Shown piece by piece: positions 43,801 to 57,651 of a stretch of DNA of 64,000 nucleotides. Under the pieces are notes generated by a model that was given only the letters and a program-made list of their open reading frames with translations, was not told where the DNA came from and did no database searches. Each line of letters starts with the position of its first letter. The stretch's first letter is position 1. The translations under genes and the position numbers were made by a program. This stretch comes from a virus. Lineage: Duplodnaviria; Caudoviricetes. The stretch is from positions 32,001-96,000 of IMG/VR virus record IMGVR_UViG_3300037400_002261; one strand, written 5' to 3'.

Positions 43801-46800
43801 CCAGAAGAGAGATTAATGATGCAATAGATGAAACGTTAAATAATTACAATAAGCTTGCGAAAAATAATCCAGTATTAGTAGAAGAATTTTCAAAAGGTTA
43901 TGACCAATTAGGTGAAGCTATAAAATCAGCAAATGCCGAACTTAGAAATGATGCAGATATAAAAAAATATAAATAGAATATTAGAAGCGCATATGATGAA
44001 TTTAATAAATTTAGCAAAATGAATCGTGTAGCTTTTGGAAAAGATTAGAGCATGAAGATTTTAGATACTGAGGGGCAGAGTTTCAACTCTGATAGTGCGA
44101 AAGAATTTATATCTAACTATGTAAAAGATAATTATAAAAAAGTATTAAAAGATGTAACACAATCCACCAAGGTTGTAGATGGTGATGAGATGTCTGTATT
44201 TACTGCGCAAGTACAAGATGCTAATGGGGTTGTTCAGACATTAAAATTCTCATGGTCTGAAGTAACAGAATAGATTCGTATGTCTGCTAATGAAGTAGAT
44301 TAGAGCAAAACTGGTATTGGTGGTATTATTGATTCTATTACTGGAAAAGTAAAACAACTTTCAACATATTGGACTGCTCAGTTATTTAATCCATATAGAC
44401 TTATTGGATATGTAAAACAAATAATGAACGTGGTAAAAGAATATGATACAGCAATGATGGAAATTAGAAAAGTATCAACAGAATCTGCTAAGTCTTTAGA
44501 TAACCTTAGATTAGATAGTTTTTCGATGGGAGAACAAGTCGGTTCTACTGGGAAAGATATACTTAGCAGTGTTGCTGCTTGGAAACGTCTCGGTAAAACA
44601 TTTGAAGAAGCACAAGAAGCTGCGGTAGCATCCAACTGGTTATTAAATGTTTCTGAATTTACTAATATAGATGATGCTACAAAATCTCTTGTATCAATGA
44701 CATAGGCTTTTGATGATTTAAGTTATGAAAGTGCTATTGATAAATTAAATGGTGTTGGTGATGCATTTAGTTCATCAACAGACCAAATTGCTTCTGGTAT
44801 GTAGAATGTTGCTTCTGTATTACAAGTTGCTGGAAATGATGTAGATCAAAGTATTGCATTATTAGCGGCGGCTAATGACGTTACATAGGATATGAGTAAA
44901 GCATCTATGGGTGTTCGTACAGTTGCTCTTCGAATGGCTGGTACACAAGAAGCAAAATAGCAATTGGAAGAATTGGGTGAAGATACTAGTGATTTTATTG
45001 TTCAAACTCAATCAAAAGTTGATGCTCAAGTAAGAAAATATACTGCTACTGCTGCTAATCCAAATGGTATTAGTGTACTTGAAGATAATGGAAGATTAAG
45101 AGATACTTATTCAGTATTGCTTGATATAGCAAAAGTTTGGGATTAGATTGTAGAAAAAGATAATAAGTCTGGAACAAATACATCAAATGCTTTACTTGAA
45201 TTGCTTGCAGGTAAAACTCGTTCTAATGTCCTTGCTTCTATTCTTCAAGCTCCAGATATTTTAGAGAGTGCATATGAAACTTCAAAAAATTCAGCTGGTA
45301 TTGGATAGAAAGAGCTTGACATTTATCTTGATTCTGTCGAAGCAAAGTCAAAACAATTAACTAATAATTTTCATGAATTGGCAAATATTACAATTAATTC
45401 AGATGGTCTTAAAACAATGCTCGATATAATTAACTCTATTCTTTCGGCTGTTAATTCTCTTGCAAAATCATTTGGAGCGTTAAAAACTGTAATTGGTGGA
45501 ATTGCTAGTTTTGCTTTATAGAAAAACGGTTTAGGTATTTTAAATTATGATATAAAAAAGGGTGCAGCAATAAATGGTTAGAGTTTCGTTAGTACTTTTA
45601 TAAAATCAATTAAAACTGGTTTTGTTAAAGATGAAACAAGTTATTTATTTAAAGACATTTTAAAACCAGATTAGGGATTTGAGGATCAAATTAGGACAAT
45701 ATGGGGAGGAAGTATAGATTCATTTACTAAATCATTTAGTGATGCTAATTTTGCCAATTTTATTAATAATTATGATAAAGCGAAATTAGCTACAATGTCA
45801 GCGCAACAAGTATAGACTGAATATAATGCTGCACTTACGGCAACAGGCAATACATTAGGCAAAGTTGGGACAAATCTTGTATCATTTGTAGGAAACATGT
45901 TAACTGTAATGGCTGTTGTAAAAGGTATTGAATTATTATTTAAAGGTATTTATACAATAGCTACATGGGATGAGAATTTAATCAAAAAAGGACAAGAAGC
46001 AAAGAAAAATATTGACGATATAAATAAATCATATACAGAAGCTAACAAATTAGTGGAAGATTTTGATGAAAAAGAGTATCGTAAGCTACAATCAAAAAAA
46101 GATAATGAAACTATTTCAACAGAAGAATATGAAAGATTGGCATCTATCAATAATCGACTTGCTGAAACGTTTCCGTCTCTAGTATCTGGTTTTGATGAAC
46201 AAGGTAATGCAATTATTAACATGGGGGATAAAGCTGGTGACGCTTCAAACAAATTAAACGAACTATTAGAACAAGAAAGAGAACTTGCTAATTTCCAAGT
46301 ATCTTAGAATTTAAAAGATGTTGCTGCTGGAGTGAAAACTAGATCAAAATAGATAGCTAATGATATTATAAAATAGAATAATGTAATAGATTCATTAGGT
46401 CCAATATCTGAATAGATTGGGAATATAAAAGATGAATTATCTGGCAGTCTTAGTGCATTCAATGTTCAACTTGGAAGTAATGCTGATGATTTATTAAAAT
46501 ATGATATGAGTACAGCAGCCATGTTATATCAAACAGCTTTAAACGATGCTGGAATTTTTACAAAGACACCAATAATTGAACCAGAAGTTGGGAAATATTA
46601 TATAGAACCAGTTCTTGATGATGTAACAAATGAGTAGATCGAAGATGCACAAGGAAGATTTCTTAATATGCTAGAAAAAGCTAATTTGGATAGTACAATA
46701 TCTGAAAAATATTTGGATGCATTAAAAATTAAGGCGATAGATGAAAAAGAATTAAAAGCAGAATGGAATTCAATTGTTCCATCAATTATATCATCTATGG

Positions 46801-49800
46801 AACTTTATGATGAATTCGATAATATTGGCGAAGATTTTCAGAAGGTTATTAGAGATGGTATAGCTAAATTAGATATTACTAGTCTTTCAACTGATAGACA
46901 AAATGAATTTGCGAGTGATCCAAGAGCGTTTATAAGAAAAATGTTTTTAGATCCTATTTCTGATGGTATGTTGAATTCTAAAGGTACTATAAAATAGGAA
47001 AAACTAAAACTTTTTAATTAGCTTTTATCTTTTGATGGTAATGATTTAAAAAATAGTGATTATACTAATCAAATAAATCAAATTATATCTCAAATTACAG
47101 ATATTCCAAATAAATAGGCTGAAATTCGTATTGCATTAGGATTTACATATGAAGATAAATAGGGGAACGAGATTTGGAATGTAGACGATGCTAGAGAAAA
47201 ATTATTTGAAAATATTGGTGGTTCGATTGATTATGTAGATGGCATCAAAAGAATTAATAATACTATTGGAGGTATTTCATTTGAAGATTTTTCAACATTA
47301 GGTCAATCTGATTTTGAAGCCATTGATTATGCTTTAAAAAATATGAAAATACCTGATGATATTGAACTTTCGTGGGAAAAGCTCCTTAATATTATATAGA
47401 AAGCAAAAGAGGAAATGAAAAATTCTCCGAAGGTTGAAAAAGATGGAAGCCTTGCATCACTTTTTAATGATGATAAATACCAATCAGATAGTGAAAAGTA
47501 TGAAAAATCTCTTTCTTCACTTACTTCTGCCCTTGAAACATTACGTACAGAGGGTGAATTAAGTAAAGATGCTACCAAAGAATTAATAGAGCAATTTCCA
47601 GAGTTGGCTTCAAAAATAGATGATACTGGAAGAATTACAGAAGATTTATTGAGTAATGCTATGGCAGATGAACTTGCTAATTGGGTTAAATTAATAAAAG
47701 ATGCAATGAAAGAAGCATCACCAGAAGAGTAGAAAGGTATGCAAAAATATATAGATACATTAATAGCAAGTTATGGAGAATTGGGAATATCTGCTGAAAA
47801 AGCAAAAGAACAAGTATACAAATCGCTTGTAGATACTGATGCTTTAGGTGGCACAACTAATTAGATGGCATAGGTACAAGATATAATATCTGCGCTTGAA
47901 GGAAAATATAGAAAAGATTTAAATTGGGAAATTGTATGGACACTTGCAGTAAATGATATGTTATCTCCAGATCTTGAATCTACATTTAATGCATATGATG
48001 GTTTAGAACTTGAATGGAATATAAATATTAATGAAAGAAAGTTATAGGATATTCAAAGAAAATTAGGTTTAGGTCAAGCAACCAAAGGTCGAATATAGGC
48101 TGATTAGTCAAAAAAAGATGCATCTGGTCATATTCTTACTGAATAGGATTATGCTACTCTTGGAAGGAATCTAGCATAGGAAGTTAAATATAATAAGGAT
48201 GCAGAAAAAATTGCATTTGATGAATTTACTGAAGCTGAAAGAAAAGCTAATGAAAATCCTTTACTCAATGAAAACCTAGTTAATTATCAAAATAAGATGA
48301 AAGCATATGAAGAATCAAGAACAGCTACTGCTAATGCTGAAACAGAAGAACTTCAAAACACTGTAAAACAATATCAGTCTGAATCTGAAATATTACAAAA
48401 CGCATATCAGAATTTACAAAATGAATCTAAAGAACTTGATAATGAAATAACTGAACGTACTAATCTTGGTCTTGAAGCGACTGCTAATCAAATTCAAAAC
48501 AGAATCCAAGGTTCGCAAGCGCAAATTGAATCTCTTGATGCTCAAATTCTCGCAAAGCAAGAAGAAGCTAATAAATTTGCAAGTGATACCAGATTTGGAA
48601 CTGATAGTCAGTTTTATAAAGATGCTGTTTCTGCCCAAGATGATCTTCGTAGTCAACAAATAGAACTTGAAAATAAAATTCTTGATGACAATCTTCTTCT
48701 TAATGGTGGAATGAGAATTAATGAACTTTCAGCCGAACTTACTGATTTACAATCGGTTGCAACAGATGTTCAAGATGCAATGTCGTTTAGAGAGGCTCGT
48801 GGAATAAAACCAACTGTAAAAGATTATCAGAAACTTACTAAGAATAGTAAAGATTAGATTAAGAATATTAAAGAACAAAATGATAAATTAAAAGACCAAC
48901 AAAGATATCTTGTTGATAATTATGGAGAAGTTGCTAGAACATCTTAGAGATATCGTGATATTCAATCACAAATTGATAGTAACAATGCTTCTCTCCGTTC
49001 TCTCGCATAGAGTCAATTCGAATGGGGAAATCAAATGGCACTTGGTTCTATTTAGAATATTATGGATTCTTTCAGTGCTGCACAGTCTGCTATGGGTAAA
49101 GGTCATTTAGATGATACTTCTACATTATTGAGTCTTATTGATGCAAATCGTAATTATGCAGAAGCATTAATGACAACTACAACTGGCACATATGTTGATG
49201 CATAGGCTATGGCTGAATTAGCGCAAGAACAAGGTGAGCTTACTATCTCGATGATTGATGCCGAAAAAGCCGCTGAAGCTATGAACTATCAAAAGAATGA
49301 AAGTGAAATTTTATCACTTGCTAAATCTATTGATCCAACTATCAATTCTATTGAAGACCTTAATAGAGAAATTGCACAAAATCCAGATTCACCACAATGG
49401 TCTGAGATACTCAACCTTCAAGATGCTAATAAAGATATTCAAAGTACAATTGATAATCTCCAAGCAATGAAAGAGCAAATGCTTGCTACTACTTCTGCTC
49501 TTGGAAGATATCAAATGGCACAATCTACAGCAAATATGTCAGACCCAATGCAGACTATTCGTAATGGAATGGAAAATGCTTAGAAACTTTATGATTAGGG
49601 TTGGTGGGGAATGGATGATTTCACTACCTATGCTGATTTATTGGCAACTAATGAATAGCTTGCTAATGGTACTGCTGTTGATTTCTTTGAAGAGAATAAG
49701 AAAGCGAGAAGTAAATATCTTACAGAAGATCGAAAAGGTGTTGATAAATGGGTCGATGATATGATCGCTAAATCAGAAGAACTTGGAACTAGCTGGGCAA

Positions 49801-52800
49801 AATTGACTGATAAAGGATACAAATTTGACATAGATAGTATGGAAGAGTTTGCTGATGCTATGGGTACTTCGACTGAGTTTGCTGAATATATGCTTATGGC
49901 GATGAAGGATGCTGCTTATGATGTTGATATATCTCGTATTGGTGATCGTTATGCAGAAACATTTGATAAAATTGTTGGAACAGAAGCTAATGCTGGATAG
50001 CAAATTTCGAATTTATTAAATGATATGGAAGCTACTGCTTCTGCTGGTGGAGATATTACTCAAGCTGCTGAATCTGCTGGATAGGCTATTTAGAGGATGC
50101 ATGATGCAGGAGCAAGTGATGCTACAATTAATAAACTTGTTGAAACATATAATGAACTTGGTGAATTGAATGGTTTCCGTATTGACCCGAAAACATTAGA
50201 GATTACCACTAATGTGGATAAATCTGAATTAGAAGTAACTGAAAAAGAAGCTGAGAAACCTATTGATAAATGGATTAAGATTAAAACTAAATATGATATT
50301 TCCGAAGAAGATATCACAAACACAAATAATGCAATTCAAAGGGCATTTTAGGGAAATAAAGCAAATGCTGAATAGTATTTAAAAGATTCTGGTATAAGTG
50401 ATAATACTGCTGCTGAGTTATTTGAGATTGATTTTGAAGATGGGGAATATAAAATTGAAACAGCTGATGCAGAAGCAGCTATTGAAAATCTTGCAGTTAA
50501 AATTGGATTAATAAATGATAAATCTGAAATTACAAATGAGACTGCCCAAGCACTTATTGCTACTCTTGCTGAACTTGGTCTTATTGATATTGAAACAGAT
50601 GTTGATATAAATGATATTAAAGAAGCTGAAGAAAATATTGATAATCTTCACAAGAAGTCTGAGAAACCAGTTAAAATTAAAACTGAAATAGAAAGTGAAT
50701 AGAATCGTGATACAAGTGCTTATTATTCTTCTATTGAACCATTATCTCGCAGAGTTCAATCTGAGCATCAATAGAATTTAGATACGAGTGCTCACTATAC
50801 TATGCCAGAAGCTGGTGAATTAGAACAACATCGTAGAATTGTTTATCAAATTCAAACAGAACTTGCAGACGGTGGAACTACGATTAATAAACTTGAGAAT
50901 TTAACTGACCAAGAAATTGTGGAACGTTTTAATGTCGAAGGTGCTGAAGAAATTCAAATGGTTCGTGATACTATATCTGAAATATCATCATCTGAGGGTT
51001 ATGATCTTGTTGTGAAAATAGATCAAGAATAGCTTGATTCTATAACAGAAGCATTAAACCCAACTGAACAAGAACCAATTATTCCAGAAGTTGATAATAC
51101 TCAAGCACTTGATGCTATAGAAGAAGTGTCTGAAAAAGTAGAAGAACTTGCTTAGAGAATGTCTGAGTTGAAACTTACAGTAGATAATGGTAATGGTATA
51201 GAAGAAGGTGGGTCTGCATCAATAGAATTAGAAACACCAGATAAAACAACATCATCTGGTTCATCGACTTAGGAATAGGTTGTAACTCCTACTGCTATTA
51301 ACTATGCTGATAATATGGTTATTAGTGCTCAAGCCGTAGTAGATAATGTTGATACTTCACAATATGATGGTATACAACTTGATGATAAAGAAGCACAAGT
51401 AAATGTAAAAGCTGATACATCTGAAGCTGAAGGTGAAATTAATACGTTTACAAGTAATCCATTTACTGCAATTGTTAATTTTATCACTGGTAAAAAAGCC
51501 GATACTCCCGAAGAATCATCACAAAGTTCAGAAACAATTACTATGAATTATGAACCTGGTTCAACTGGTGAAGTTGAAGGTGCAATAGATAACGTTAAGG
51601 GTTATGCAGAAAGTAATCCAGCAGAAATACCAATAAATGGAAATAATGATGATGCAAAAGCAAGTGCTGATGAAGCTGAATCATATGCTAGTGGCAAAAC
51701 TCCGCAAATGAGAATTACTGGTAATGCTTCGGCTGCATTAGGTTCAGCTGATGCTGCTGTAAGTGTAATTAATGCTAAAACAGCACAAATTAAAGTATCT
51801 GCTGATACATCTACGCTTGTGAATAGTGTTAGTAATGCTCTTTCTAATAGGACATTTACTGCTAATGTAGTAGCAAATATAACTGGTACGCTGATGAATG
51901 TTGCTGTTTAGAAACCAAGTGCTTCTGCTCCAGTTAAAGGTGATTCTGGAGCAAAAGATGCGCCATTTTATACTGGTACTCTCCTCTCTCATGCTCGTGC
52001 AACTGGTACATTAAAAGATTTTGATGATTATATTATTGGTGGTAAAGCACACGCAAATGGTGATGTTACTATTCCTCAAGATGAAGATTCATTAGTAAAT
52101 GAACTCGGTACAGAATCAATTATAAGGGATGGTATTTGGAGATTAATTCCAGGTGGAATGCATGTAGAACATTTGAAAAAGGGAGATATTGTTCTGAACC
52201 ATTTGTAGACTCGTGATCTTATTGAAGACGGGAAAGCATTTGGTAATGGTAAACTTATAGGTAATGCATTTGCTAAAGGTACTGCATTTAATGGAATGCC
52301 AGCACATGCTACTAAACGAGACTCAGAAGCTCATAGCAATGGCGATAGTTCAAGAGTAAATCCTGCTCGTCAACATGTTGGAACTTTACCTCAATCTACT
52401 GGTACTGGAAATCTTGGTAAAACAATAGGAGATGCTGGCAATCAAGCACAGGGTGCTGGTCAAGATATTAAAGACGCAGCTGAAAACACTGAAACCGCTC
52501 TTGATAGATTCAAGAAATGGGCAGACTCACTCTTCGACTGGATTGAAGTCCGTATGGAACGTCTGCAACATTCTATTGATAAGTCAACAGCATAGGCTGA
52601 ACTTGCAAGAACATTCTAGAAGAAGAATTCACATATTGAAGACGCAATGACAGTTCTTCAAGGTCGCAATACTAAAGCTGAACAGAAACAAGTCACGAAA
52701 GAAATAAAAGAAGAAAAAGCTGCTGCAAAGAAAGCGGGAGCAAATCTTAAAAAGACCACTTATGGTAATATAGATATGAATAATCGCCAGACGATTACTT

Positions 52801-55800
52801 GGGATAATAAGAGTCTTAAGAAGAATAAGAAAGCACTTCAATCTCTCGATCCAGATGCAAAGAAGAATTGGAAACAATATTCTAAAGACCTTAAGGGTAC
52901 TACTTCTACTGTATTTGGTGCGTCAAGTACATATAAGTTTGACGGCAAATCTATAGATATTGCTTTTAGTCCGATGCTTCAAACAGATAAGGGTGCTGAG
53001 ATGTTAACTCAAGATACCATAGATAAATACATTAGCACTCTTATTAAAAATGCAAATGGAGATACTTCTAAACTGATAGAACTCGATGTTGAGGGTGCTG
53101 ATGTCGGCGGTAAGAGAATTAAAGGTATTCTTGCCGATGTTGGTAAGTCTGCACGAAAAACAGCTGAACAAATGCATTATGTTGGATCTTTTGGCTCTAT
53201 AGAAATGGCTAAACAAGAACGTCAATCTCTCAAGGATCAAATGACTGGTAAGGTTAAACAAGATGAGCAAGGTGCTACTCGTTATTATAAACAAGCTAAT
53301 AATGTACAGAATAAAGCAATAAATGAGGGTGTTCTTTCTGCTGACAAGATTGCTGAACTTGTTAAGTTAATAAAGAATGGTAAAATTGATATTGAAGAAT
53401 ATAAAGCTATAAAACATACTGAAAATGGAAAAGAAGTTGAAGAAACTCCAGAATCTGAATTTATTGCAGCTTATAAAAACTGGTATGATAAAGCTCAAGA
53501 AATGGAACTTCAATATTATGAAGACCGTCAGTCTCTTATTGAGATGGAGCAAACTCAGCTTGATAATATTACTGAAGAGTTTGATAGTCGTAGTGATTTA
53601 TTTGAATCAAGGTAGTCAAGGATTGATTCTGAAAAACAATTAAGTCTTGCTAATGGAGAAGATCCGAGATCTAAATCAATTAAACAAAATGTAAGCAAAT
53701 AGTTAGCACAACAAGACTTTTTGAGAAATAATCTTGATGAGGAAGCTTATGCTTATAAACAAGAAATGGAAGATGCGATAAAAGCATTTGGAAAAGATAG
53801 TAATCAATATCGTTAGGCATAGGCTCAGTATAATGAAATTATTTAGCGTAAAAATGAAGCTGATTTAAAATATATTGAAATGCAAAAAGATTATGAAAAA
53901 GAACGCCTTGACTTTATTCAAAAAAGATATGAAACTGATGTGAATTATGCTGAATCTGTAAAAGCAACATCAGAATCTCTTACTTCTTTATATAGAGCAC
54001 AGGGTAAGGCAGAAGACAGTAAAGATATAAAAAAGACTTATAATAAATAGATAGATTAGCAGGAAAAAGTCACTAGTCTTCTTTCAGAAGAAATGGAAAA
54101 TTATAGAACTGAATTAAAACGTGCTAAAAAGATTTATGGCGAAGGTAGTGACGAATATAAAGAAGCACTTACAACATATAAGGGAATGAGTAAGGCTTTA
54201 AATGAAAGCAAAGAAGCTACCATTCAATTAAAGCGTGACCTTATGGAACTTGATATTACTGTTATTGGATATGGTATTGATAGACTTCAGCATAAAGTTG
54301 GATAGATGGGTTCTATAACAGATCTTATTGCAAAACGTGGAAAACGAGCCAACGATTCTACTTCTGGTGTAAAAGAATCGGATTATACAAATCAAATTAG
54401 TATTAATAATGACATCAAAAAGAAATTACAAGAAAGAATTGATGCATTACGAGAAGAACAAAAAGGTTTAGATGAAAATAGTCAAGCATATATGGATCTT
54501 GAAAATAGAATTTGGGCTGATAGTGACGCAATGATTGACCTTATGTCTCGTAATGAAGATTTGGCTCAACAAGTCCGAGAACTTCGTTGGAAACCGTTTA
54601 ATGAACTTTCTGATAAAATCGATGACGCTATTGGTGACTATGACCACCTTATATCTCTTATGAACGAACAATCATTCTTTGATGATTTTGGTGATGGATA
54701 TAAATTAACAATTGATGGTCTTAGCGCACTTGCTCTGTATGGCGAATAGATTGATGCTAATGAAAGAAAGATTGCTCTGTATCGGGAAGGTTTAAAAGCA
54801 CTTTCTGAAGAATATAAGAATCGTAATATTGGCGAAGAACAATATATTCAGTAGTCAAGAGAATTTAAGGGAGTTATTCAAAGTTCTGCTTCTGCTATTA
54901 AACAGGAACGTGAGCAAATAATAGCACTTTATAAGACTCAAATGACCAATGAAGCTAATGCTCTTAAGAAAAATATTGATGCTTATAAGGAATTGCTAAA
55001 TCGTAAAAAGGGGTACTACGATTATGATAGACAATTAAGTGATAAGAATAAGAATATCCAAATGCTTGAACGTGAACTTCGTGCATTAGAAGGTGTTGCT
55101 GGTGCTGAAGCTGCCGCTGAAAGAGCTAAAATTGAAGCAGATCTTTATGAAGCAAAACGTGATAGAGATGATACTGTACAAGAGCATACATATAATCTTC
55201 GCACACAAGGTCTTGATGATTTAGAGAAAGATATTGATGAAACGCTTGATAGAAATCTGAGAGCAGTTGAAGCAAGCACATCTGTTTAGGATTAGGTTGT
55301 ATCTGATATGTTAGGCAAAGTATTACTTAATTACAATACCGCTTACGAAGGTGCTGGTGGCATAAATGAAGTGATTGGTTCTGCTGGGACAAAGACAACT
55401 GAAACTACTACAAAACAAACGGAAGACAATAATAAGATGCTTAATGAAACTCGTAAAAAATATGCAACAGATGTTCAATTAATGAAAAACGAACTTGACT
55501 CATTGATGGCTAAAAATGCCGCCAATAATACTGAGCAATATAAAGCTACCGATAAAATGCTAACAGATACAAAAACTGATTATAATACTGTCTATGGCAA
55601 TATTCAACAATTAATAACAGAGACTGGAACTAAAGTGGGTACGGAAGCGGAAACTTCTATGGGAAAAATGAAAGAAACTATTTCCACTGCCATGAAAACA
55701 ACAGAAGAAGGTATTGATAAGTGGATTGAAAAGAATAAAGATAAAGGATTTACAATTGAAACTAAACTTATAGAAACTGGAAACGAAGGTAAAACAGACG

Positions 55801-56747
55801 GAGAAACAGACAGATGGCGTAATGCCGCTAATCCAGATAATGGCGGTGGAACTAAAAGTGCTAGCGGTGGAGGTACTAAAGGCGGTTCTACTGGAGGTGG
55901 TACTAAAGCTAGTGCTAATGCTGGTGGTGGTGCTAAAAAGGATACTAAAGATACTAAGAATGCTGGAGGTGCTAAACCTGCTGCAACTGGTGGTGGTGAT
56001 AAAAAAGATACGGAAGTTAAAACTGTTGCGAGTAATACAAAATCCGTTGATGCTGTTATTAAATCTTTATCTAGTAGAAGCAAAACATTAACAGAAGCAG
56101 AAAAGAAAGCACATTCTGGTTTATGGGAATATGTCGCAAAGAATTATGGAAAATCAATCACTGGTAAAGGAATTATTGAATTAGCTGATGCGCTTGGTGT
56201 ATATGTTTCTGCTACTTCTAGAAAAGCAAATAAACCTACTAGTGTAGAAAAGATTACAGTATTAGATGCTTTAAAACGTTATGATAAGACTACATTAAAG
56301 ACTGGTATTTCATCTGCGATTGGCATTGGTTTAAAGACTGGTGTTTCATCTGCTATTAATAAGAAAGGTTATGCAAAAGGAACTCTTGGTACTAAGCAAG
56401 ATGAACTTAACTGGACTCATGATGGTGAAATCATCCGCATGGCAGATGGGGCAATTCTCAGACAGTTACCGCAAGGTACGCAAGTAATACCAAGACTTGA
56501 AAGTCAGAACCTTATGAAGTGGGCATAGATGGACCCGAATAAGTGGACACATGAAGGAATTAATTTGGAAGTAGTTAAGTCAACTCCGAATCAGGAAATT
56601 AATCCTGTGCTTAACTATTCTCCGACTATAAACGGAACTGGATTAAACGAACAACAAGTATTAGATCTTCTTAAGAAAGATCGTGAAGATGCATTCAGAG
56701 ACTTTACTAATCGTATTAGAAAAGACCTTAGAATGTCAGGTAGGTAA
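31815..56747 (+). CDS. giant tape measure protein (8,310 aa) with N-terminal extension and three ART-like domains; TAG=Gln
   Basis: GGGAGG RBS. All major + strand track fragments share one frame. Manual translation of the gaps found only TAG (about 164), never TAA/TGA. TP901-type TMP core at ~44400-45400 (EYDTAMMEIRKV, IDKLNGVG, GVRTVALR, AGKTRSN). C-terminal motifs AHANG...LVNELGTE and GYAKGT. Followed by Dit. Confidence 0.92.
39138..39694 (+). repeat. three imperfect ~55-aa tandem repeats inside the TMP
   Basis: KLNKL.LG..K..AV..WNSLKP.I.....AD.V...I...L.E occurs three times. Confidence 0.9.
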
Positions 56748-56755
56748 CTATTGTT

Positions 56756-56788
56756 TAGGGTGGGAGATATACTCTCCCATCCTATTTT
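56756..56788 (+). terminator. terminator-like hairpin
   Basis: TAGGGTGGGAGA/TCTCCCATCCTA followed by TTTT. Confidence 0.7.
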
Positions 56789-56808
56789 ATTAAACGAGGT
56801 GCCATGAT

Positions 56809-57651
56809 ATGAGTGGATTTATATATAGAAATCAATCTACTGAAAATATTATTGGACGTAGATTAATATTATGCAGTTTTGACGGTGCGGTCAGCTCTAT
56901 CACTGGTGTACAGCGTCAAAACCAAATTGGGGAAGTGACTATCACTCGGCATATCCCCAATGAATATGGTGTGATTAATTCAAATCTTCAATTTCAATAC
57001 TCTCTCACTCTCGACCCTTGCTATAAGGACGCAGCACCGTTTATTACAAACGAAGAACAAATTGTAATTGAAAGGTGGTTAACTTCACCAAAATTTTCGA
57101 GTGATTTATATATTATTAATGACAACGATGAAATAACATGTACATATTGCGGGAAATTTACTGAAACAACTTGGATACCTAGTCGTGAAGGATTTTCGGG
57201 TGTAACTTTTACATTTGAAAATAATTCCGCTTACGCAAAGGAACATAGAGAATTTACATTTAGTAGTGATACAAACAATTGGAGTTTTGTATTAGATTGT
57301 GATTCGGATGAACTGGAAGAATATGTTTATCCTGTTATTACATTTATAAATCCTAATAGTACAACAGAAATAAAAATTACAAATCATACAGACATTGGTG
57401 AAATAAATAATAACACTCTTAACGTTGAAAAAGATATTCCTCTTATTATGGATTGCCGACATTGTATTTTAACAAATGGTGTGACAAATGGTACGTTTTC
57501 ATTTGATGATGTTGGTTGGGCTGATGTTGGAAATATCTATTGGCCCAGATTGATACCTGGGGAAAATGAAATCTGGATTGATAAACCATGCACAATAAAA
57601 GTCTCGTATGATGTAGTAAGAAAGAAAGTGGGTGGATGGTTAAATGATTGA
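56809..57651 (+). CDS. distal tail protein (Dit, YomH-like)
   Basis: Directly after the TMP; IERWLTSP, YVYPVI and WPRLIPGENEI motifs; no TAG. Confidence 0.85.
   Translation: MSGFIYRNQSTENIIGRRLILCSFDGAVSSITGVQRQNQIGEVTITRHIPNEYGVINSNLQFQYSLTLDPCYKDAAPFITNEEQIVIERWLTSPKFSSDLYIINDNDEITCTYCGKFTETTWIPSREGFSGVTFTFENNSAYAKEHREFTFSSDTNNWSFVLDCDSDELEEYVYPVITFINPNSTTEIKITNHTDIGEINNNTLNVEKDIPLIMDCRHCILTNGVTNGTFSFDDVGWADVGNIYWPRLIPGENEIWIDKPCTIKVSYDVVRKKVGGWLND

Noticed and set aside
55840-56000. GGTGG..ACTAAA repeats as a CRISPR array or DGR repeat
   Set aside because: They are in-frame Gly/Thr/Lys low-complexity coding sequence of the TMP, with no repeat-spacer structure and no cas or reverse transcriptase gene.
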